From contig NC_068981.1 of the NCBI RefSeq assembly GCF_001194135.2, forward strand, positions 6,535,903 to 6,599,902: DNA of 64,000 nucleotides, given 5' to 3'. Positions within the stretch are counted from its first letter, which is position 1. Every line of letters begins with the position of its first letter. Origin of the DNA: Octopus bimaculoides (taxonomy: Eukaryota). Made by a program: the position numbers and the translations under genes. The notes under the pieces are model-generated. The model was not told the origin of the DNA, made no database searches, and saw only the letters and a list, made by a program, of their open reading frames with translations. Positions 39,422-49,640 of the stretch are shown here, one piece after another.

Positions 39422-39689
39422 TTGTACTTATTTTATTGACCCCAAAAGGATGAAAGGCAAAGTCCACCTGAGTGGCATTTGAACTCAGAACGTAAAGATA
39501 GAACGAAATGCATCTTGTCCCGCTCGTCACACACTGATGGAGCTATCAATTCCAAAATTCCAGCAGCATAAGCATGAACTGAGGTATTTTTGAATGTGAT
39601 TCGTTTTCTCTTGTTATATTTTGCATTACACTCATGTCTTTGATTCTGGAGCTTGACAAAACGAAATATGGCTGCAAAATAGACGGCAA

Positions 39690-40350
39690 AAACTGTAAAT
39701 CATCTGTTTTAAATGGATGATCTAGAAGTGTATACCAAAAATAGCAGTGAGTTGGAAGAACAGTTAAGGTGTTCAGTGATGATGTTGGAATAAAGTTGGA
39801 ATAAATCCCCTCTATGTTAGCCGCATGGGTAATAAAAAATCAGATGTTGGAATAAAGTTTGAACTGAAAAATGTGAAAAAGCAACATTCAAGAACGCACT
39901 ATGACAGATTCAATGTAAATCGATGTGGGACAAACCTACAAATATTTAGGGGTCAATCAAGGCCAACATATTCACAACGCCAGCATGAAAGAGGAAATTA
40001 GGAAGGAATACTACCGAAGAGTACATGCTGTCTTGCAATAGAGCTGAACTCAAAGAATAAAACATCTGCCATAAATCATCATGCGATCCCAGTTGTCATC
40101 TATATTTGCAGCATCATAAATTGGAACCTCAGTGAAATAAAGAAAATGGACACCAAGATCAGGGAACTTCTGACCTGTAATAAACTATGTCATGTAAAAG
40201 CAGATGTGGTTCGACTCTATCTCCCGAGGCGAACTGGAGGTTGAAGAATGATCCAGCTTCAAGTCTTATGCAAAATATCAAACATTGGATTCGAACAATA
40301 CCTTAAAACTACAGGTGACTGGGTGTTGAAAATAGTCGAAGAAAATCATC
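39690..40350 (+). mobile_element. R4/Dong-clade LINE, RT C-terminal fragment
   Basis: GQTYKYLGVNQ..MKEEIRKEYYRRV..ELNSKNK..AI..AIPVVIY..IINWNLSEIKKMDTKIRELLTCNKL..KADVVRLYLPRRTGG. Confidence 0.8.
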
Positions 40351-40374
40351 TTGTTAACATTGTTATTGTCGTTA

Positions 40375-40585
40375 AGGCGGCGATCTGGTAGAATCGTTAG
40401 CACGCCGGGAAAAATGCTTAGCGGCATTTCGTCCGTCTTTACAATCGGAGTTCAAATACCGCCGAGGTCGACTTTGCCTTTCATCCTTTCGGGGTCGATA
40501 AATCAAGTACTAGCAAAACAATGGGGTTGATGTAATCGACTTAGCTACCCTTATTTGCTGGCCTTGTGCCAAAATTTGAAACGAA
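40375..40585 (+). mobile_element. SINE family A, full length
   Basis: GGCGGCGATCTGGTAGAATCGTTAGCACGCCGGG...GAGTTCAAATACCGCCGAGGTCGAC. Confidence 0.9.
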
Positions 40586-40929
40586 TATTGTTGTTGCTAT
40601 GGTTATCGTTGCCGCTGGTGTCTTCGTTGCTGCCATTTCAATAATCTCCGCTTTCCTTATATTTTGTTGTTTATTATTCTCATAACAATGGAGCATTCAA
40701 GTGAGTTCACGAATTTGTTGTTCTCAAATATTTCAAGAGAAATCAATATTTATCACTGCAGTTGTCTTTCTAGTAGTTTCAAATCCCACCGTGCCAGTCC
40801 TGTGGAAATCACGCAAAAATATACCTTTGATTAATGTATCAGTGGTGTGACTAACCGTGATTAAAATGACGTAAATAATGTTGACAGAAGTTCGCGTTTG
40901 TAATTGTGGCGGTGATGGTGGCAACGTTG

Positions 40930-41420
40930 TTGTTCGTGGTGTAACAATAACGGAAGTGACGGTAGTATGGTGGTGGTGGTAGTAGTTGTGTCGGTGGTGG
41001 TAGTTGTAGTGGTGTTGGTGGTAGTTACTGTGATAGTAGTATTGGTGGTGGTGGCAATGGTGACGTGGATGGTATTCGCAAGGGTTCTGGAAGTTGTGGT
41101 CCTGGTAGTAGTATTTTCCGGGATGGCGGTAGTTCTAGCAGGTTTGGTGATGGCGGTGGTGACGGTAATGGTGGTGGAAGTGGTAGTAGTCGCGGTGATG
41201 ATGGTAGTGGTGGTGTTTGTAGGGGTTGAGATATTGGTGGTGGTGGTGGTGGTGGAGATGGTGGTTGTGTTGACAGTAGTGGTGGGGGTGGTAGTTGTGC
41301 TTGTGGAAGTGAAAGTGAAGGCGGGGAGGGAATGGGGTTGGTAGTGGTAGTGGTGGCGGCTGTAGTAGTTGTGGTGGTGCTGGTAGCGGTGGTAGTTCTG
41401 ATGACTGAGGTTGTCGTCAT
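40930..41420. repeat. Degenerate (GTG/GTA)n trinucleotide low-complexity tract
   Basis: Continuous GTN register; minus strand reads poly-Thr but shifts frame near 41340. Confidence 0.75.
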
Positions 41421-42314
41421 AGCAGTGATGAAAATATTCAACAAATTCCATCAGAATTCTTCCTTTGAATTCCACTACATCTTCGTTGTTTTGTTTGTCT
41501 CTACAGTCTTGTTGTTGTTGTTGTTGTTTTTGCACCATTCGATCCTTGGCTGGAATTGACCTGAAGCTGATTCCAATGCGTTAGTCTTCGGAGACAGAGT
41601 CAGCGCTAACGCATGCAAACAAAGAATACGTAGGGTTTGATTTGTTGCAGCAATTTCTGACGCTGGCTTAATGTGAAATACTTGATTCATTTGGGAGGCT
41701 CAAAGAAAATAAGAAAATAAGAAAGAAAGAGCGAAAGAAAGAGAGGAAAAAAAACGAAAGGAAAGTAACATGAAAGAAGTAGAATCAAAACTAAAAAAAA
41801 AAAAACAAGAAAGAAACAAAAAACACATACAAAAGAAAATGTTGTGTATTTGTGTAAAAGCAATAACAGGATGGATATAAATCAGAGAAAGAAGGAAAAA
41901 AAAGCAAGAAATACAAAGGACGCTCAACAATAAATATGGGAAAAGTACAAAAGGGAAGATAAAGAAGAATTAAAAGAGTGGACGAGGAATGTGGAAGCGG
42001 GGGCAGAGGGAGAGGAGGGGTGGATATTCCTGACCGAAAACAAAGAAGGAAACTTGAAAAAGATTTGAGAGGAAATATGATGAGGAATTTGCTGGTGAAG
42101 AAAGAAAGTGAGAAAATGGTTCGAAAAAAAAATTTGAAGATGAATGAAAACTTGGAAAATATCTTTCACGTACACCTAATGCATTTATTATACACACGTG
42201 TGTAATATACTGCTTTATTTATAAGAGTATTTAAACAAGTGTGTATAAAGGAAGAGGAATTATGTATAATATACATACATGGCGGAAGAAGTGTTTAAAT
42301 GCTTTAGTTTAGAA

Positions 42315-43077
42315 CAATGGTTCTCAAACTTTTCAAAAGATTTCACGTGCCAGCCTCCTTATAGTTTTTTTTTCGATGATTTGCAGTCCCCTATAAAATG
42401 CAGGAAAATCAACATGGAAAAAATGACATATAGTCGTGTACCATAATTTCTGGACTTTGACCACCTTGCTCATAGACTCGCAGCCCCCGAAACCACAACT
42501 TAATTCAGGCAATGCCCCATTGGGATACAGGGGGGCTAAACATAAAGGGGAAAAACAAGGACAGATAAAGAAATCAAGTCGATTAGATCGACCACAGTGC
42601 GTAACTGGTACTTATTTAATCGACCCCGAAAGTATAAAATGCAAAGTCGACCTCGGCGGAATTTGAACTCAGAACGTGAAGACAGACAAAATACCATTAA
42701 GTGTTTCACCCGGTGTGCTAACGGTTCTGCCCGCTTGCCGCCTTATTGAGATGCAATAAATGCCTGTGAAAATATGGGGAATCAGTTGATCAATTGGTTA
42801 CAACACAAACCAGAAACTAAAAATACCGACAACACATGCATGATCAATCATTATACCTGCATATTTTCTATCTGCCAATGGAGTGTGTGGGCTTTGGGGG
42901 AGGGTGCCAATGACAAAAAAAGATGATAGCATGCGAAAAATTGAAAGTCTTGAAATTTTTAAACTTAACTGTCTGAAACCACCCTGTTTTCACAATACTT
43001 CGGCGTCTCTTCGCGGTCCCCTTACAATCGCTTCGCAGTCCCCTAGTGGACTGCGGACCCCAGTTTGAAAACCACTG
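42315..43077. mobile_element. hAT-Charlie-type non-autonomous element with a nested SINE
   Basis: TIRs CAATGGTTCTCAAAC and GTTTGAAAACCACTG; 8-bp TSD GTTTAGAA (42307-42314) versus GTTTAGGA (43078-43085), 7/8 match. Confidence 0.8.
42510..42746 (-). mobile_element. SINE family A nested in the hAT element
   Basis: GCAAAGTCGACCTCGGCGGAATTTGAACTCAGAACG. Confidence 0.85.
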
Positions 43078-43171
43078 GTTTAGGAGAAAGAAATACAAGA
43101 CTAATGATATGAAGGCAGTATTATTAATGCAACTGGGCAAGGTTTGAGGAGACTACAAGAGGTATGAGTTT

Positions 43172-43557
43172 TTTGAAGTAAAGATTGTTTGCCAACATAA
43201 CGTTGCAGTCCAGGCTTAGGACGAATGTTGCTGTAATTTAACCCCAGGAGACATAGCCTTTAGCTGGCTACACGACACGATCTGCATCCTTATATTTTCG
43301 AACAAGGGAATCTAGCAACCCCACTCAGATCAAAACAATATCTGTGTATCGCAATTTCCGAGTTATTTCCCTTCATCAGCGCAGAATAATTGTTCGGCTA
43401 AAGGTGGCGCTGCCAAATTCTCATTCGAAATATATGTAAGGACACAGATTGCGTCGTATAGCCAGCTGAAGACGATGTTTCCTGGGGCTAAATTACAGCA
43501 ACATTCGTCCTAAACCAAGACTGCCATGTTATGTTGGCAAACAATCTTTACTACAAA
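43172..43557. mobile_element. MITE with long (about 120-bp) imperfect terminal inverted repeats
   Basis: GTAAAGATTGTTTGCCAACATAAC...ATCCTTA mirrored by TAAGGACAC...GTTATGTTGGCAAACAATCTTTAC. Confidence 0.85.
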
Positions 43558-43704
43558 GTACTGTTGCTGAATATCTCTCGTTGTGAGATTTACAAATAGT
43601 AATTTTCTATGAGTTTTTTGTTGATAGTGAATGACCAGTGATGCCAATCCCTTGGATCTCATACTAATACTAGTAATAGTACTTGCTTAATACTACTAAC
43701 ATTG

Positions 43705-43910
43705 CTTTTCAATTCTGGCATAAGATTAGCAAGTTCGAGGGTGGGTGCTTGTCGATTCCATCGACCCCAGTGCGTAACTGGTACTTATTTTATGGACCCC
43801 GAAAAGATCAAAGGGAAATTCGACCTCGGTGGAATTTGAACTCAAGATGTAAAGACGGACGAAATATCGCTAAGCATTTTGTCCGGCGTTCTGCACCAGT
43901 TCACCACCTC
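43705..43910 (-). mobile_element. SINE family A
   Basis: TCGACCCCAGTGCGTAACTGGTACTTATTT...GAATTTGAACTC. Confidence 0.8.
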
Positions 43911-44439
43911 TAGTACTACTAATATTACTAAATATTTAATACTTTTTATAGAGCAAACTCTTTAGTACAATTAATACTTCTAATTACTTAATTTTATTAA
44001 TACTACTAATCCTTTTATATTACTAATCGCTTAATTATACTGATTCTAATAATTAGTTAATTTAATTCTACAAATATCGGTTAAAACATTTTAATCAAGC
44101 ATTAATAATTATTGTTAATTGTTCAACTCATTTGTATTCCAAAACAAAGATACTATTCATGTCATCGATAGCTCTACCCAAAGAGGAATGTATCTGCCCT
44201 CGTGCCTTTCAGCTCTGTCCGCCAAACCGCCTCTTTCGTCATAGCCATAAGGCAAGGGAAAACTGTTTTGTCTGACCAATTGAAGGAAAGTGGCGGTGCC
44301 ATCATCAACACAGACTCGGCCGACAGGCGGATCCGTCCCACACGTGACAGCAGCTGTTCGACATAACCTCACAAGTCAGCAATGCCAGGATACTGAACGA
44401 GGGCGCGCAGAACGGTTTCGTGACTCCGCGCGCACAAGA

Positions 44440-44497
44440 AGAAATAGAAGAAGAAGAAGAAGAAGAAGAAGAAGAAGAAGAAAAAGAAGAAGAAGAA

Positions 44498-44528
<31 letters not shown>

Positions 44529-44586
44529 AAGAAGAAGAAGAAGAACAAGAAGAACAAGAAGAAGAAGAAGAAAGAGAAGAAGAAGA
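44440..44586. repeat. (GAA)n microsatellite
   Basis: About 145 bp of GAA with occasional variants. Confidence 0.95.
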
Positions 44587-46234
44587 TGGTGGTTGATTGA
44601 ACATAAATAACAACGTGGACGTATAAGCATAGTTGACCGCCTGGACGTATTAACATGGGAAAACAACAAACACGTTTAAGTATAGAGTCTATGCTCGTGA
44701 AAGAGATTCTTGCAATGTGGATATGTGGGCATAGGTCCTGTGAAATCTGAAATAAATCCTTTACATCTCCGAAAGCACAGAAGAAAAATTAAGGAGAAAA
44801 TGAAGAACGTGATGTTATATAGAGCTCTGTATGTACAAATGACACTTACTCCATATAAAACATATAATTATTTCGACGTTGAAAGTGCACAAACGACAAA
44901 CGTGTATATAAATGTCAGCATTTGAAATGAACATTTTAATTAAAAAGCAAAAACAAAGAAACAGAGCGATCCCAGTGGATACAACTGATAGATATTTTTG
45001 AGTGCATATTACACGTGATTATTAGGTACAAAATATTATTAAATAATACACGAGAATAAGGAAAAAAAGACAAATAAACATTAAGGACAAGAAAAAGATA
45101 CAAAAAACAAAACCAAATGAACAAACGAATATAAAAGGACAAATCAAGGTGACAGAGAAAGTGTTATCACCTTAATTACCAGGTAGTGAATGAAAAATAT
45201 GGCAAGGTAACATTATGCTAGTGAACGAACAATATAGTTCTATATTTAAGTGAATGAAACAAGTGATTATATATGTTAGGATATAAATAATGTAAGTATA
45301 TTGCATATAATGAACAATATGTCTCTTTATTATGTCAACTGATGAATTAATCAACAACAAAAACAAAAACACACAGTATAGACCGGTCCATGAGACATTA
45401 TGAATATTGAAGCGTTGGTTTGTTGCAGTTTCGAGACAGACGTAAGATACCACAGGTTTTAGAAATCATTCCCTCTCAAAAGATTAACTCCGAACGTAAT
45501 GTCCTTTTTCTCACGGCTCGCGGGCAAAATAATGATGGTGGCAGATTCGACTACCTGATTTAAGCTTTGGAAATGGAACGTTTGTTTTGCTGAAAAACAA
45601 GCACTTGGAACAAACTATGTTGAAATGTCACAACGTTATGAAAGTTCAACCACATATAAACTTTGTAGTGAAAATGGTGGATGTTTTAACTAGATTGTGA
45701 AAGAAGGCCGTAAAGTTATAGAAAGAGAATACAAAAGAAGGCAGGCCAACCCTCCATTCTCTATTTATTAGAAGCCTTGTCAAAATATAGAATTTATAAA
45801 GAATTGATTGATGCCATAAACAGCGACGAATGCCGTGGAAAAGTGTGTTAACTTTTTGTGCTATTTTGGTTCCATTGTGATCAAGTGATTTTGGTATAAG
45901 AGCTGAGATTGTTATCGGCAATAAGTTTCAGAAATTGCCAAATCTGAAAAGAGAAATTGTAAATATGTGGAGCAGGTTATAGCAAAAAATGTATCATTTG
46001 TAGTGGAGGATCTTAACAGATTCAATGAAGAAAATGAAATCTCGAAGAAGGTCGAGATCGACATTTGAAAAGACTGAGAGAAAAAAAAAAAAAACTGTAT
46101 TCCTTGGAAGTTGCTCAAAAATGGAACTAATAAAAAAGATGTGAGGGGAACATTGGTCATTGGTTGGGAGACACTTCTTGGGTTTCAACTCATAAAATTT
46201 GTCTCCGATATAAATAATAATAACGATGGTCCTT

Positions 46235-46458
46235 TCGTGTATAGGCGCAAGCTCTGAAATTGTGAAGGGTGGGGGAGGGGTCGATTACATCAATCCCAAT
46301 GCTCAACTGGTACTTATTTTATCGGGCCCGAAAGGATGGAAGGTAAACTCGGTGGAAATTGAACTCAGAATAGAATTTGAACCCAGAACGTAAAGACAAA
46401 CAAAATGCAGCAAAGCATTTTGTCCGGCGCACTAACGATTTTCCGGCATGCCGCCTTA
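46235..46458 (-). mobile_element. SINE family A
   Basis: CCCAATGCTCAACTGGTACTTATTTTATCGGGCCCGAAAGGATG; includes a short internal duplication of the B-box region. Confidence 0.8.
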
Positions 46459-46467
46459 ATAATACGA

Positions 46468-46536
<69 letters not shown>

Positions 46537-46642
46537 GGGTAATGGTAGTGGAGAAGATAATAATGATGAATAGGATAATACAGCAACCAGAACAACACAA
46601 ACAACAAAAATAATATTGTGTTATACTCAATAAAGAGGAAAG

Positions 46643-46960
46643 AGTCGTCTGTTTCTTTACATAAGAATGGTAGACAAAGAACGCGAGAAAATAGACAAAT
46701 ATCAGGACCTAAAATATGAACCTCAAGGAATCTGGAATTGTTGTAAACTTACCATTATCCCAATTTTAATAGGAAATTTAGAAACAATTGCTAATTGGGG
46801 ATATTGGATATTGGGGTAACTTTCCTGCTTCTACAGAAAGCCTGTATGCTTGACTTCAACAAAGACTATAAGACAGGTGCAAGATATCTAAGCTTGGCAG
46901 ATATAACTTGATACCTTGTAATGTTAATACCGGCAGAAACAACACCTGAGCGGGAGTGCT
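46643..46960 (+). mobile_element. R4/Dong-clade LINE 3' end (copy a)
   Basis: RMVDKEREKIDKYQDLKYE..IWNC..IIPILIGNL / LQKACML. Confidence 0.7.
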
Positions 46961-47297
46961 ATACCAAATTGATGTATGAAATCTTGAACGACTGAAACAA
47001 AAAATTAAGAAGGGCATAATCTGCTGATTAACTTTTGAACCATTGAGAACGGTAACAAAAGATTTTAGAGTAAACCTTGAAGAATTTGATCTTCATCTGG
47101 AGGGTGTAGAAAAATTCTACTTGGTTGAGCAAGAATTATAAGTAAAGTCTTCAAAACAAAGTAAGAAAACGTATGAAGAATAGAAAGACGCGGTTATATT
47201 GAAGGTATAAAATATTCCTCGTCTCAGACGGTGAGTTATGGATCGATGCGCCATAACACCAATTCCGTGAAACAACACAACTGGAAAATAACAACGA

Positions 47298-47588
47298 CAA
47301 TATTCGCTAAGATGTGGCAGCTACGAGAATCAAAGATAAAGGTTATCCCTATTATCATCGGAGCATTGGGTTCAATACCACCCAATCTGAAAAAAACATC
47401 TGAAAACCTTAGAAATACCCTACAATCTAGGTGTATTGCAAAAGTCAGCATTACTTGGAACTGCATGCATATTGCATAAAGTACTGTCTGTCTGAGGTCC
47501 TTGTAGTGACTTGACAAACAGTACAAACCCCCGGTAGACACGATATATTCTATCAACAACTGCATGATATTGGATACTATGTGACGTC

Positions 47589-47625
<37 letters not shown>
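47298..47625 (+). mobile_element. R4/Dong-clade LINE 3' end with (TAA)n tail (copy b)
   Basis: AKMWQLRESKIKVIPIIIGALGSIPPNLKK..LEIPYNLGVLQKSALLGTACILHKVLSV*, then 3' UTR and TAA repeats. Confidence 0.8.
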
Positions 47626-47627
<2 letters not shown>

Positions 47628-47646
47628 TATTATTATTATTATTATT

Positions 47647-47755
47647 CAGTGCGATCAAGGGGTTGAGAATAGGAAGCCGGACATAGTCGTAATTGAGAAA
47701 GAAACCAAACTATGGAAGATCATAGACATAGCATGCCCAGCTGACAACAAGGATC
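47647..47755 (+). mobile_element. R4/Dong RLE domain fragment (copy c)
   Basis: DQGVENRKPDIVVIEKETKLWKIIDIACPADNK, a PD..D endonuclease motif. Confidence 0.75.
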
Positions 47756-48563
47756 ATGATAAAACGATGGCAAGAAAAGCCTCTTCATAGCAAATACTGG
47801 ATTAAACTGAACAGAAAAGAAATACCCAAAGCAAAATCCCAACAATGGCTGAGAAGCTCAGGACTCAAAGCAGAGACTGAAGGATTTTTAATTGCAGCAC
47901 AAGATCAAAGCCTTCCCATCAGAAGTCACCAAAAACATGTAATGGAAAAATATACAAGTAAGTGCAGAACATGTGGAGATGGACAAGAAACATAATGTCT
48001 CTGGTTGCCCAGTCCTGGCTAAGAAGGAATATATTCAGACACGAATATATACACTGGAAACTATGCCAACACTATGGAATAGGCACACGCCAGAAAAGGT
48101 CACAGAAAATGCCAATATACATAAGAGAAATTAAGGTGAATAGGCTAGATATAGTTGTCAGAGATCATGAAGAGAAAAAAATGCTTTCTAATTGATGTAT
48201 CAATACCAACAGATGACAATGTTTCTCGAAAAGGAACGGAGAAACTCTCAAAATACAAAGATGTGGAAATAAAGGTAACTCGAACGTGGAGTCTGAAAAC
48301 AGAAACAATTCCTATCATAGTAGATACCTTAGGTATAATAAAAAAATATTCAGACAATACATAACAAAAACACCAGGACTTACAAATATATATAACATAC
48401 AAACAATTGCACTACTGGGCACTACACATATCCTACGCAAAACACTTTCAATACAGTAACCATAAGAGCATCACAGCAAACCACAGCACATACCCAAGGC
48501 ACACAGATCTGCGCTAAGTAGCGAAGTGAAAGCACGCTATAAAAATAAAACTACTGTATGATG

Positions 48564-48596
<33 letters not shown>

Positions 48597-48597
48597 T
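47756..48597 (+). mobile_element. R4/Dong-clade LINE 3' portion with (TAA)n tail (copy d)
   Basis: WQEKPLH / WLRSSGLKAETEGFLIAAQDQSL / KCRTCG / IHWKLCQHYGI / CFLIDVSIPTDDNVSRKGTEKLSKYKD / IALLGTTHILRK, with frameshifts. Confidence 0.85.
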
Positions 48598-49389
48598 CAA
48601 AATTTAAAGAAGAGTGCCATTTGCTATCTCGTGAACAATATTTCGACATCTTGCGTGTCTTCCACTGGTTCAAAAAATAAATTTGTCAATCTACTTCATT
48701 TTCGTTTATATAGAAAGGATTGAGGTAACTCCTCCTGAAGATATAGAGTCAAAATTTAAAGAAGAGTGCCATTTGCTATCTCGTGAACAATATNNNNNNN
48801 NNNNNNNNNNNNNNNNNNNNNNNNNNNNNNNNNNNNNNNNNNNNNNNNNNNNNNNNNNNNNNNNNNNNNNNNNNNNNNNNNNNNNNNNNNNNNNNNNNNN
48901 NNNNNNNNNNNNNNNNNNNNNNNNNNNNNNNNNNNNNNNNNNNNNNNNNNNNNNNNNNNNNNNNNNNNNNNNNNNNNNNNNNNNNNNNNNNNNNNNNNNN
49001 NNNNNNNNNNNNNNNNNNNNNNNNNNNNNNNNNNNNNNNNNNNNNNNNNNNNNNNNNNNNNNNNNNNNNNNNNNNNNNNNNNNNNNNNNNNNNNNNNNNN
49101 NNNNNNNNNNNNNNNNNNNNNNNNNNNNNNNNNNNNNNNNNNNNNNNNNNNNNNNNNNNNNNNNNNNGAGATAGCAAACGGCACTCTTCTTTAAATTTTG
49201 ACTCTATATCTTCAGGAGGAGTTACCTCAATCCTTTCTATATAAACGAAAATGAAGTAGATTGACAAATTTATTTTTTGAACCAGTGGAAGACACGCAAG
49301 ATGTCGAAATATTGTTCACGAGATAGCAAATGGCACTCTTCTTTAAATTTTGACTCTATATCTTCAGGAGGAGTTACCTCAATCCTTTC

Positions 49390-49393
<4 letters not shown>
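48598..49393. repeat. 152-bp tandem repeat, in opposite orientations on the two sides of a 374-N gap
   Basis: CAAAATTTAAAGAAGAG recurs at 48598 and 48750; 49168-49393 is the near-identical reverse complement; (AAT)n on both flanks. Confidence 0.9.
49278..49318 (+). ncRNA. Hammerhead-like fold with mutated core (mirror copy at 48632-48672, minus strand)
   Basis: Stem I UGAAC/GUUCA; stem II GACAC-GCAA-G(A)UGUC; GAAA; palindromic AUAU; core reads CAGUGGA instead of CUGAUGA. Confidence 0.45.
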
Positions 49394-49422
<29 letters not shown>

Positions 49423-49454
49423 TTAATAATAATAATAATGATGATGATGATGAT

Positions 49455-49640
49455 GGGATTTAAATAATTCACTTCTGGAAACGTGAGTGTTTCGTTCATG
49501 ATCCTTAAACAGCCCTGATTCGGGGACCTCTTGTACAGGGTGGGCTACTCAACCTGAACAAAATTTTAACTAGGCCCCACCTGCAAGGTCATACGGTGTT
49601 TATCTCGATATGAAGCCATCAAGTCGCACTTCCTAAAGAT
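49455..49640. mobile_element. Unclassified interspersed repeat fragment next to a (GAT)n tract
   Basis: Moderately GC-rich segment GGGTGGGCTACTCAACCTG...AGGCCCCACCTGCAAGGTCAT resembling retroposon 3' tails; family not assigned. Confidence 0.3.

Larger units (their letters stand above)
39008..39510 (-). mobile_element. SINE family A copy interrupted by the 39091-39421 insertion
   Basis: Left part ends CCCAGTGCTCAAC-TTGTACTTAT; right part resumes TTGTACTTAT-TTTATTGACCCCAAAAGGATGAAAGGC, collinear with intact copies such as 46235-46458. Confidence 0.8.

Noticed and set aside
40861-41538. 225-aa Thr-rich mucin-like ORF on the minus strand
   Set aside because: The Thr register changes frame near 41340, the ends are microsatellite-derived, and there is no signal peptide; a degenerate (ACC/ACT)n tract explains it.
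44335-44385. Peptide AAVRHNLT resembling the forkhead NAVRHNLS motif
   Set aside because: Flanking residues do not match a forkhead domain and there are no suitable splice sites; a short chance match.
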